64,000 bases of DNA from Daphnia carinata (Eukaryota), in NCBI RefSeq assembly GCF_022539665.2, contig NC_081331.1, positions 13,144,001 to 13,208,000 on the forward strand, in the 5' to 3' direction. The notes beneath the pieces were generated by a model. It did no database searches. It saw only the letters and a list, made by a program, of their open reading frames with translations, and was not told the DNA's origin. Numbering within the stretch: position 1 is the stretch's first letter; each line of letters begins with the position of its first letter. Of the stretch, positions 1 to 12,566 are shown piece by piece. The position numbers and the translations under genes are program-made.

Positions 1-3000
1 CGCGCGCGCACTGAGAACAGGGAAGAAAAATTCGACCGCCACACACGAACACATGCAGACAAGCACAGACACGTAAACAAGAGAGGGGCAACTTCAAATG
101 CCGCTAGATGGCATGCGCATAGCTCCGAGACGTGACCGTCTTTAAAACACATCCACGCTGGTAGGGCGCGAGTTGCCAACTGAGGCGGCTGCACACATTG
201 CTTAAGGAATGGATACTCCCTGGCTTTCTCCATTCGCCACCAGAGGGACACGTGAAAAATAAATAAAAACCTAACTTTCGATTGTTGTTGCCCCAAAACG
301 TCGTAGAATTAATGAACGGTTTGTGATTATTACAATGAGCCTCATCCTTCGTTGGCAATAGAAACCGAAAGAACGGACAGAGAAAAGGAAAGACCGATGA
401 GCCCAGCACGTCTTCGTCGGTTTTCTTGACTAGCGAATATTTTTGGTTGACTTGTTTTGTTTTCATTTTTCACGAATAACTCAAAATTTCTCTATACAAA
501 AAAAAAAAAAAAAAAAATAAAAAAAAATGGGTTGGGTCCGGGGTTATCAGCCAGCATCCGCTTCTGGGTGCATGTGGCGCGTCTGTGTGTACGTGTGTGT
601 TTTGTTTTGTGTTTTTTTTCGTTCTTTTTTGTCGGCTGCTCCCGCGTGTGGTTGAGACCGATTATAAAACTGGAAACAAGCCTGGCTCTCACTTCTGCAT
701 AATACACACACACATTTAGTGGATTATCGCCGTCAAGTATAAGAGTGTGTGAGTTAAATAAAATAACTTGCGGCCGCGTTGGCGTCCGAATCCGGCTTTC
801 CATTTCTGCCGAGCTTAACGCGTTTACGTCCAACCAAATGACACCACTGCGTCGGCCATCAGAGACCCTCGTGAACCGATTATCTTTTTTTTTTTTTTTT
901 TCTCTTGACGCTCAAAGCGAATGGAAAATGCACATGGAACTTTGAATAACTTTAGCTCCGTTTTTTTTTTCTTGTACAGACAAGACATATTCGGCTTCGA
1001 AGAATTCTGTTTGATAAACGAAAATTTAAAACGAACGTTACGGCGTCGATTCCCGGCCTTCCCAGGAATATCTTTCACACCTTCTCGTCGTTGCGAATAA
1101 GTGCGCGGGACCCAAGTTATCTCAAATGCGACCCCGCCCATTTACATGTCATTTGAACGAAAGTATGGCCTCCATTTTTTTCGATTACTTTTGCTTTTTT
1201 TTTTTTTTTTTTGGTTGTTTTTGTTTTAAATATATTTTTGATCTATACGTGTGTGCTCGCAACGGTGATGGATTGGACGGGGTCGAGTAAATAGAGAGGG
1301 CGAGTTTCACTCTCACCCGGCCGGCCAGAACTGACATTCTAGTCCCGTGTTACTCTATGTATACTATTACGTTGTGACGCTTTCGCCTTTCGGCTAACAC
1401 CCCCTACTGACTCCGTTGGGTGCTTTTCACCGCTCACGTCATGATCATGATGAACTACCAACGAACCCAAAGTCCATTGAAGCTTCGTGAACTCACCTCA
1501 GGCCTGAAATTCACTCATATTTTCTTGTCGGTTCGGCTTATTTTTCAACGAGGAAACACATCAACCCTACACAGTTCAAATGTACGGGCCTACTGTTCTG
1601 TATCGTCTAATCGTTTTGTTTTTGTTTTGTTTTTTTACTGTTGGTTTTTGGGATCATTTGATCTCGTCATATGGGAGCCAGCATCTAAAAAAGACTAGCG
1701 CAGCAATAGTTTCGATGTGAACATTGTGCGCAAACGTAAAACGAGAAAGGCACACAATAAAAAGGAGAAAAACGGCTGCAATGTGAGATGCAGACAAGTG
1801 CACCATACACTGTTTGGACGTTCTTTTAACGGCTTTAGTGAATGTTTAGGACACGTCAGCCCTCCCTCCTCCTCTAATGCCATGATCTGATTGCTAGTTG
1901 GAACGTTTAGCTCCCATCAGCGTTTTTTAACAAGTCTCAAGTTTTTTTTGTGTGTGTGTTATCAATTATTCCTTTGATGGAATGATTATCTGATTGAATT
2001 TTGATTTCATCTTTGCCAATAGGTGAACCGCACGTATTATACACAATAGACAACATGCCACGGAAAAGACAGGGTAGATAACCGGTTTCCACTTTCGCAA
2101 CTTTCACTCAACAACAAATTATTTCTTATCTCATTCGTAACATTTTTTTTTTTTTTCGGTCGACAATTACAATTTTGTTTTTGTTTTTTCTCCCTCTCGT
2201 AGTGGAAACCCCCCCCAAAAAAAATTTTAAACAAAAGAAAAATAAGCGGAAAAGACTCGCCCAAATCTAATGGGTCTAACATTATCGTTGCTTGAACGGG
2301 GGGGAGGAGCCGTTTCAATTTGTTCCGTGTAGTGATCTCCAGGAGAAAAGGAAGAATCGGGCACGGTTAGCCTTGTGCATATTATTACCAGTGAAAAGCG
2401 AGAGAAGAAAAGTCGCCATTATAATTATCATTAGACGTGAAAGGAGCCAATTTTTGTGTAAAGGCTGTTCAGCTTCCCTCGTCACTACTATGTTTTATTA
2501 CTCTCTAGGAACACATTCCAGATGTTGCCTTTTTTTTTGCCTTCTCAAGAAACTTTGGTTTCATATGAACGTAACAATAAAAAAAGAGAAAAAAAAAATT
2601 CAAAATAAGAGTTCAAGGCTGGCAGAGAGATTGGTGGCGCATTGAACAGCATCCACCTTTGACCTTTCCCAACGGCAGCAATATATGCAACATTCACAGA
2701 TTTTGACATGACACTTGTAAAGCTGCGAACTTTCTCTCTTATCATTCATTTTCTCACTAGCTTTTATGTTTTTTTTCTGTTAAACTTGTCCTTCATCATT
2801 CAATTTTGTCAATTCCACTTGAACGATTGAAACCTAAATAATTCGCACTTTCCCATTTCGGAGCAAAAAACCATCGCCTTATAATGAATTTTTTTTTTTT
2901 TTTAATCAACGGTTTTAGCAATAAAAAATCAATCGAGTCGGAATGACACAGGATGCAAGAAGAGAGGAATCTCTGGGGGGAAAAGGCGGTGTGTTTTAAA

Positions 3001-6000
3001 AAAAGAGTCGGGGTCGACTTTTTGCGACGGAACACAAGCGCTAATGAATGACGAGTGCAAGACAGGCGTTGGTCCATCATCCGGTAGGTTCCAAACCCTT
3101 TTTTTTTTCTAAGTACATACAAACGGCCGTTAAAGCTGAACTGAAAATACAAGTGGAAAAAGACAAAATCACACCAAACTATTTTTTTTTTTTCTAGAAA
3201 CGGTCGGTTCATGCCGACATTTGCTAATTCCATCATTTTGTTCTCCCGGCGTTTCAAAAGAATTCTTCTGTTTTCTTGACGCTCATGTCGAGATTCCTAC
3301 TTGATTGGATGCAGCAGGCGTCGAGCTTGCACATCATTTTCTTTTTTTTTCCCCCCACTCGTTGTTGAAAAAGAGAAAACGAAAGAAGAGAGCCGACATC
3401 TTCCTAATGAAGGTGCTGCCTCATAGTCTATACGGTAGAGCGGCAGCTGTTAACAACTCAACGCTCGAAATGCAATTAAAAACGAGAAGCAAAAAACTGA
3501 AGAAAAAAGAATCACAGCAAATAGACAATACTTGTGTGTCAGAATCAAAGAAAGAAAAGAGAATAACAGACGGACAAATGATGTGTCTCCGTTTTTTGTT
3601 TTGTTGGCAGAATGACGGGAAGCCTTACGGGGCTCGTTTAACGTCTAAATTCTTTAGTACAGAAAAAGTTTAATGAACTCGCGTAATAGGAGAGTATATG
3701 CCACATCGGACCAAAAACCATTGAATATTAAAAACTCCCCTCTTTTTTTTCCATAACTGGCATTTTTTTTTTTTTTTTTTGCTGTTTGGTCGTTAACATT
3801 GACTTCATACGACCCTTTCAAGATTGTCCAGATGAGCTTGTATGTTGTTTAATCGAAATAATTGAACAAGTGCTCTTCAGACTAAAGCAAAAGGCATTTT
3901 TTGACATGTTTATCTATACTCTTTTTTTTTTTTTTTTTTTTCAAGGCAGGGCTGCGCAGAGTCGGGAAAAAAAAGGAAGAAAAATTAGGTTTCCCGTTGC
4001 AGACTAAAGAAAATAGAATCGTCAACTTGTCAGCAAAAATGAAGCACCAGCTTGGGAGGGAAGACTAGAATAAAAAAGAAAAAAAAAATGGGGGAAAAGG
4101 ATGAAAATGGTTTGTATAAATACAAGTCAAAAAATGGGAGCTTGAAGCCAGCTTTAGAAAAGGAAGAGAGAGACGGCCGAATATGGGGGACAAGGAGAAC
4201 GGAGACATCAGCAGGGGAACTGGAATCCTTATTACATTTGAACAGTTTCACAGGACGAAGAACTCACAAATCTCTCGAATTACATCTCCACCCACGGTCG
4301 AAAGAAAAAAGATAATAAAACCAAAAATGAGATCAAATACAGCTTCGCCATCTGTTGGGCATTTGATAAACTTTTGCAGAAACAAGCCGTATATGTAACA
4401 TAAACCATAAACGGAGGTAAATGATGTTGAAATCTAATGCTACTTTGATAGACTACTTTGAATAAAATAAAAAAAAAATTGAGAACGATCCACATTTGCA
4501 AAAGGTATGTTTCCTGGGAAACCAGTTAGGTTGTTAGGTTGTTCGGTCTGATAGGTACACTGATGTTTCTCACATCACGTTATCTAACTTGTGACTGGTG
4601 TTTGACGTTATTTCACCATATTTCATCTGAATGCCTTGATAAGCTCAAAATCAATAGTACGCAAGGAAACCACAAATTGGCCTAGTACAACCGCACGTCT
4701 TGTTACATTTCCTATGCAAATAAAGATGTTGCGTTGTACCGAAACCCAAATCCACCTGATTTTTTGGGGCTTTTTTAGAACAACACCGAACGCTCCAGTT
4801 CCAAATAGTTTCAATGACGACGTACATCATCTTGCTACCGAACGAGCCTTCTGATTTTGCCCCGTTTCCAATCAGCCTTTGAATTAGATTCATTTTTTTG
4901 TTTTCAGTAGCACAACGAACCATATGGTGTTTGAATACTAGCGCGGGTTTGCGTCCTCCAAACACTGAGGTTTATATTTTTTTCTGATTTTTTACCATAG
5001 CGCACCGTAACCTTAATATTTGGAATGCCAATGCGTCTCTCACGGTCATTGAATGTTGCTCTACGACAGGCCAAAAAGTTACTACATAGGGGCGGATTCT
5101 CTACTCCGAATTTTTTTTCCGATGGAAAAAGAAATAAAAATTCAAACGTAAAATAAAAAGAGAGGGGGGATGTCGTAAAACGAGAACGCAGCTGACATGG
5201 AGAAAGAACACGAAAAAAAAAAATGGAAGGGAAAAATATAGAGAAAAACAACTAGAAACTGCGGGGGGAAATGATGGAGTATATAACCGAATGGCTAATG
5301 TATAGGGAAAGCTCGAAAGGGGGATCGAGGGAAAGAAGGAATAACAACTTCAGGATGGTCACGTTCGGTGCTGGTCAGTTGCAGGAAATTGAAAAGAGAC
5401 GGAAGAAAGATCGATAGCTTCGCGTATAAAAATGCCGAAATCGGTTGGGAAAAAAGAAAAATGCGCGCCATCGGAGTTGTGCGAAGCCTTCAAACTAAAT
5501 CAAATCATTTTTCCATCAAGTGGGTATACCATTATATATAAAATGACAAGGCGACGGTTCATTCATCGTGAACCTGCACTTTTACTTTTAGACAGAAAGT
5601 GTATCTATATTTTTTTAAAGTTGGGGCGGTACCTGCCAGTTATGGGCGACAAAAGGACTTCCGTCCATCGGGCCATCCGGCTTTCCATTCTTATACACTT
5701 CACGCCTTTTTTTCTTTTTCTTTCATACAAGTTGAAAAGACCAAAAGAGCTGACCTTCTAACGATCACGTTTCACTTAACGTAATAATCACTGCGTAAAG
5801 CACTACGTTAACTGCATTCAAAAACCATTTATTGATCCTTTTTCAAGGGACATAATCGCACAGAATCTTATGGATTATCAACTGCCCGCAAGGCTCGTCC
5901 AATCACTAAATGTAAAAATGGAAAATGGAAAATTTTGGTTCACTTCATGGCGATGTATAAGATAAAAATAATTCTTTATCAAGTGTGCTGATATCAAGGG

Positions 6001-8234
6001 TTCAAAAGACGCAGAAAACATTACTAGGGAAATGTCGTGATGCAACTTATCGTTGCATCACAAAACCTCTTATAGTTATGGCCGTTCTTTTTTTTCAACA
6101 ATCAGGCCTCTTTCTTCGATCCATTCTTTTTTTTTTCTTTTTACCACCAGATCGATATTTGTCGCTTTTATTTAGGTCGATGAGAACACATTTTCACCGT
6201 CTGAGATATCAGGCGAACCTATAGAATCGAAACGACTGGAACATTGCCAAGAACAAATACATTTAAAAAAAAGAAGGGTGTCTTCTCGCCTTTCGAGAAT
6301 GGCACGACACAAGATCAGGACGCCACCTCTTGATGTATAGAATGTGATTGCAATCAACTTCTCGTTGTCACTTTCCTGTGTCTCCTTTTCTTTCTTTGGG
6401 GGCCTCTCTCTCTTATTGCCTCATCTCAATCCACGTCACCCAGGCAACTAAAAAGACTATAGCCCCCAAAAATAAAGTCAAACGCTGAGCAAGTCAAATG
6501 TATTTGATGCCGCCGCTCGGCAGACGTGAAGACGCTTGAAAGAGAAATAGAGAAAGAAAAAAAAAAGAAAGAAAAGATACTGCCTAAAATAAGAAATAAA
6601 AAAAGGGGCTAGTAAGCGTTGAATACCAAAACTGTTATCAGTTCCTAGGACACATCGACGTGATGCCAATCTCTAAAGCGAGATACACATAATGACGACA
6701 GAGAGCTATATAGAAACGAAATAAATAAACGCCAGGATCAAAAACAAAAGAACGATGTTATGGTTTTACCTTGGCCAAGACAAATTTATCTTTAGGGTGT
6801 GTGTGTGCTGCTGAGTGAAAACATTTTCGAAGGCATAAAGCGAATAAATTTGTCGGAACGATTTGAATAGGCAAATCAGACGAAACAGATGCCGCTTTTT
6901 TGCGGCGTCCTGGCCAGATATTGAATAATACAAATAAATTGTTTGAATAATGCTAGTCAGCGAAATTGCTTTGGATGTAGAGCCTGGTTGTTTAACTAGG
7001 TCAAATTGAAAAGAGAGAAAAGAAACAACAACTATACAAGCAATAAAAAAAAAAATGACGTACAGCACCAGATTGATTTCGACGGCGTCTTTCACCTCGA
7101 GCTTGCATCCATCTATCATTCTATTCTCCCACCGATCTCACTGTGAAAAAAAAAAACAGACAAGCAATGGGAGGGAAAAACAAAAGAAACGCCCAAATTG
7201 TGGCTTCACTCTCCTTGGTTTCGATGAATTAACTCTCACTTTTCTCTAGCTCACATGATCCTCGTCATTTCTCTCACAAATCTTAAGAAATCAATCAAAG
7301 TAAATCACAAAATAAAAAATAGGAACAATAAGCCTTTCGCTTTCGTTTTGTTCGTTTTTTGTTGTTGTTTGAAACCATCTGATCCGCTCTCTCTTTTGAA
7401 CTTGTCTTGAAGCGAACGAAAAATTGAAAATCTCTGACCGCCCTCTTTTTCCAAAAGAGTCGAAAATGACAATCCAGTAAAATCCGGAAATGCGACGATC
7501 CCTATCTCCTGGAGAGGAAAAAAAAATAACCCCCAAATACCTGAAAAGTGTGACTTCGTTACGGCAAGAAAACCCCCAAAACGAGCTCATGGTATATTTC
7601 TAGCGCGCGCTCGAACGAGTCCGCAATTCGAAAACGGTGACCCCAAAAAGCCATAACTATAAACGTTTCAGTTTTCAATAGCGATTGTATTTTTTTTGTG
7701 TGTAACGAGATAATAACAACTTGTCAAAAAATGGTCAACAATAACAAGAATGAAAAAAAACAAAAAACATTGAGATCTGCACGTCTCGTTTTTTTTTTAT
7801 CTATAAATGTATCAACGTCCGTATTATTTAGACGATGGCGATATGGCCACAATTATCGAATGCTAGGCGACTTATTTTAACTACGAGGCAGGACTACAAG
7901 CGAACGGCGGAGGTATATAAGTTCTGCGTTCGTTAAACGATGGTTGAAACGAAACGGCGGAGCCGAGAGGGCGTTGAGAACTCCCGCCACCACCGCCACC
8001 GTTGGATGGCGCCTTCCAGATGTCCGTTAGGTCGAACATTTGCAGCGACGGGTTGGCTAGTTACGTCAACAACTGATTTTATTTTGCGTTTCAGCTGCGA
8101 CGAGGGCGATTTTAGCTGGTCGACTGCCATTGCTTCGTCAAAATTGGGGATTTATTTCTCAGCAAAAAAAAAAAAATAAACCACTTCGGGCCACTCACTG
8201 TTTCACGTGTTTAGCTGGTAGTTACAACTGAACA

Positions 8235-8268
8235 CAACCGTTCGCACTAGTATCGATCTCAGGATTGA
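8235..8268 (-). promoter_or_regulatory. Candidate Inr+DPE Pol II core promoter, transcribing leftwards
   Basis: Inr-like TCAATC with A+1 at 8266 (one mismatch to TCAKTY); GGTTG (RGWYV) at exactly +28..+32 (8239-8235); G at +24. Downstream sequence is UTR-like, with ACC-ATG at 7590 and a donor CAG|GTATTT at 7540. Confidence 0.35.
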
Positions 8269-10375
8269 ACTCTTTACTCACTGCAGCTCTACTCTCTCAG
8301 CTGATCGATATAAGGCTACAACGCTGAGGGCAATCGAATTCACGCCGAAATTGTTAATGAACGTCCAGGCTTGCGAGCGGGCGGCTCACGTCTGTGCCCT
8401 TTCCCCGCTTCACCTCTACATTCTACGGTGCGCCTTCTTTCTGTAGGGGCATCGAACCGAAAAAAAAGATAAAAATTGGTGGGTTCGTGCCGAGCGTTTG
8501 GCTGAGTATTGTATTCCCGCCGCTAGGTGGTGGATGGCCAGAGTGTCCTCAAAAATTGAACGGTTCACGCGACGACAGATCGCTCGTGCTATTTTTAAGG
8601 CTTATAGGGAAACGCGCTGTTGGGCCCATGGGGTCTGAAGGAAAAAAAATATATAACATCAAGCGCCAGCCACAACAAATCAAATAAGCTACACTATTCA
8701 ACGAAGTCCCCAAGGCGCTGAAAAGCGTGTGTATATCGCCCTTCGTAAATAAACTACATTTGAAATCAATTTTCGTTTTCCCTTTCCCTTTCAGTATAAA
8801 TATTTTATTTTACAAAAGGATTGCATAACAAGAAAAATGTTTTTTTTTTTGGCCGCTGGTTGTTATGTGATGAGATACGTGAGTTCCACATCTGCATTGA
8901 CCTACTTAATCTACCTCTTATCTCGTATAGGTCGAGCATCGATAATCGCGCTACAATGTGAGACTCATTCTGTAATTGATTCACAAAGTGTGCGATGATT
9001 GACCTGCGCACGTATCAGAATGCTTTGCCATCCAGTGTATAAAAACCATATCGATCATGGAGAAGAAGTGAGCCCTGCCATCGATTACTAGATGGCAGCC
9101 TGGATAGCTGCGCAGGGTATATATACATATCATATTGATCCACACAGTGCGAGAGAGAGAAAAAGAATTTTGGTTTTCTCTTAGGAACAGAAAATTGGTG
9201 TTGTTTCTTTTGTTTCTATAAAATTGCGTGCATTCACTCTAGTTTTGTCATCAATCTCAGCCGCGTGCACAGGCCGAGCATCAACTTTCCATTTCCGATT
9301 TCTAGACGCAACCGTTGTTATACATCAAGTTATAATGAGAATCCAACTCGGGCGCCTTTATTCAAGATGTCAAACAACGAACTTTAACCGAGTTTAATGA
9401 ACCAAACATTTTCTATCTACATTATTTCGTAGCTCAGACATTTAACCATAGCGACATGGAATTTTGTTATTGTTTATGTGAATAACTGCATGCCTCGGAT
9501 CAACAGTTTCGCAAATATCATGTACCAACAACGTATTCACTTACACCGCTATTGCTACATGAACTCGCTTGTTCGCCCTATTCTCCTTTACGTGCCGTTA
9601 TTGACGATGGCGTTAATGGCTTGACGAACCATGAGTGCACTAGCGGGCTCCTATGTGTTAAGTGTCAGCATGGGGAAAGTGGGAACTGAGATGTGATTAT
9701 GCGCGCCAGATAAAAAACAAAAAAACATCAACCCAAATAAAGGCTGAAATCGAGGAGACATTGAGAGATGATTGTGCGTGAAGGTTAATTAACTTATTGC
9801 ACGTGTGGTTATATCGTTATCTCGCAGCTCGCTCATGTGAGGAATTTTTTTTTCTACGCTTCTATTCTTTTAAGTGCTTTCGTTTGTTTTCCTGTATTTT
9901 CAAAAGATACGCATCGATCACCTAGGATAATCAAGAGACTCATCGGAGTCATTTCAGCAAAACTTTCACTATTTCGACATTGGCAGAAATCAGCGTAACG
10001 ATAGACCTCAACAAGTTGCCTTTTTCTTTACATCATGATATTCTCATCAATGTGTATGTGCACAGGCGGTGAATTTATAATTAAGTGGCATACATCTTCA
10101 TTGAAAATCACATTTTTGCACGCCATCCTCCGTTCGAGAGATTATTGGAATTTAAAATGAAAGTTAAAAATCAATCGACTTCTCATCAAACGATCTCAAC
10201 GGGGCTTATTATGCCGATTCAAGGTGATGAGGTGCGGGTATGATAAACACGTTCTCGGTATAAGATAATGCGTGAGAGAACAGAAAAGACGTTATAGATA
10301 GAATAATTGGTAATCACCGGGGGCATGCAGTTCTATGATTAAATAACGGGCAGATTTGACGAAGTAATTTTTGAC

Positions 10376-12566
10376 TTACGATTCAAGATGTGAAGACGAA
10401 TGGAAGCGTTTCTGGCGACGAAGATTCAAATTAGCTGAACGATGAACGACAACTCGAGCTGATGCTTCGTTAGTTTTCCACGTTCCGTCCTGCGAAGGTG
10501 GCGCAGTATTGGCTTCAATTAGCCGTGCAGAAGGCGTTTCACCGGCATTCGTCGTACAATCCGAGTTCGGACTTGTGGCGTTCATCCTTGAATAAGTTAA
10601 ATATTTGTTAGAAGTTATGCCGCAATCAATCAATCAAATGAAGGATTTTTGAATAAAAAGCATTAAGTTTTAGACTACGCTCACGCCGGATCCGCACGAA
10701 ACGCCATCTAACAGCGTGCAAGTTTACTTAAATTCTTTCAATCGTTTCACGAAATCTAAACAGAATAAACAACTGCTATAACAACAGGTGACTGTTGAAT
10801 AGATATCAGACGCAATTGTGTTAGTCAAAGATGATCAAAGTTATATACTTACAGACCACCGGGGTCACTTTGGTGGAATACAGACGGCGCAATTTGGCTG
10901 ATTTGCGGAGGGTAAATGAAATAAGTGGCAGACATTTGAGAGTCTGGTGAATTTTTCTGGCTGTCGAGCGATAAATTATTTCGCACACTTGTCATCATTA
11001 GCATTCGGCGGTGCTGGGCGGATGATGAAACAGTTTCACTGCCGTAATTCCAGCGAGACGTTGACGAAGCCGCAGGTAATTTCGTCCATTCACTCAATCG
11101 TTTCAACTGCCGAAACGATTCGGATAAGACTCTCGGCTTGCTTTTGCATTCTTGATCAACTGGCGACTGATTAAAGTGGATCTCTGCATCCGAACCGTAC
11201 GTGTTTCTATCAGTTTCCTGTCAATAGCACAACGTTTTCCTTTATATAGAATTTGACAAAAGAAAACAGCTGTAAAACATTTCCAAAAAAAAAGAATTGA
11301 ACTTGTAAGGCTGAATTGTAATTCTGAAGAGGAACGTCCACACTAAGTTTATGGTAAAATCGATGGCACAGCAAACGACTAGGATTCTCTAAAACATGTT
11401 TAACGTGAAATAGCCTAGACGTGCCCTACTACGTGTTTGTCCACGTCAAACGAATAGAAAGATATCCGGCATTCGGAGATTACGTGCAAGAAAACACACT
11501 GTAATTTCGTGATGTATGGGCATTTTTAAAGAGATACCACGGATTACACAGGTAATCCTTTCGTAATACATGTTCTAGATCCATACTTTTTCCAGTGGCG
11601 GCTGCCATTGTATGATTATATAATCTTATATACGAATTCAACATTCTTATATTCGCTTGACTATAACTCGCTGTATGAGATTACCTTTCAGTGTGTAAGA
11701 AATATAGTAAACCTATATAGCTACAAAAAAAAAAGTTGTCAAAATAGCCTTATTGTGTTAAGATCATAGGATTACCAAGCGCAATAAGACCTCGTTCTCA
11801 GAACACTCTACGTACAAGGGAAGGACTTAAATGATGAAGATATAATGAAGCAGATGGTTTGTCGTTTCAGACATCGTTCGTGAATTGTTCTTGATTTTGA
11901 CGAGAAGAGTAAGGATATATTTTTACATATAATTAATCCAACATTCGGCTTTCTACTTTAATTATCTACCATTTTATTAATTTAAAAGTTGATTTTTGGG
12001 TAATCAATCGTATGCAAGTTTCCTTTTTTAAATTTCCTTCCTCTGCTTGAATCCCAGAATTTCAATGATTATCGTTAAATGTTTGAGCTCCTTTACATAG
12101 GGGGACCGACATTTGACAACTTATTCCAAGAGGAATACATTGAAAAACGTTTGTATACCGTCAATGAACACCGAGAGAAGTGCAGGATTTTCAGTATGAC
12201 CTTCTTTGATGTCTACTTCACGTGATATCAAAAACATTTTACATCTATTTGCTGTTGTTGGAAGAAAAAACTTAAAAAACTTTAACTGCTTTAAGGCTTC
12301 CGCAATAAACATACAGCTATGAAGCTTAAAAGGGATTCTTGTAGATAAGTGAAAGACGTCGAATATTGGCTTACTTTGTTAATAGCGGATGTTTCCAGAG
12401 AGACAGGAGTGTGGGGCAAGGAAGCAGATCCATGTAATTTTTCGTAATTTTTCAGCCGGTTAAGTGAGTTAGGCCTAGATCGGCAGACGTAGTTGCAGCC
12501 ATCGCTTAATTTCAACGTCAATTTGCTTTTTCGGGACTTGAGAGAAGTCGTTACATCGTCCCCCAT
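10376..12566 (-). CDS. Predicted 7-exon gene, ~341 aa: divergent PTB/PID-like domain followed by a Ser/Thr-rich low-complexity tail
   Basis: Hand-spliced exons, all GT..AG and phase-compatible: 12566-12375, 12270-12159, 11807-11776, 11712-11685, 11388-11303, 11217-10853, 10586-10376 (1026 nt = 342 codons with stop). The spliced N-half (YEKLHGSASLP..ETSAINKF..RCKMFLISREVDIKE..ALLSVFIDECS..RLVYYISYTLKENPSRLLCHRFY) follows the motif order of Numb/Dab-type PTB domains. An optional upstream exon at 13250-13228 (ATG..AG|GTAAGA) is also phase-compatible. The donor after 11303 (GTTCAA) is weak. Confidence 0.55.

Noticed and set aside
104..7500. Many 60-150 aa ORFs on both strands
   Set aside because: Dominated by poly-Lys/Phe from A/T homopolymers; no recognisable domains or consistent exon chain.
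10410..10430. RRQKR furin-like site suggesting a secreted prohormone
   Set aside because: The spliced model has no convincing signal peptide or mature-peptide features and looks like a cytoplasmic PTB-type protein.
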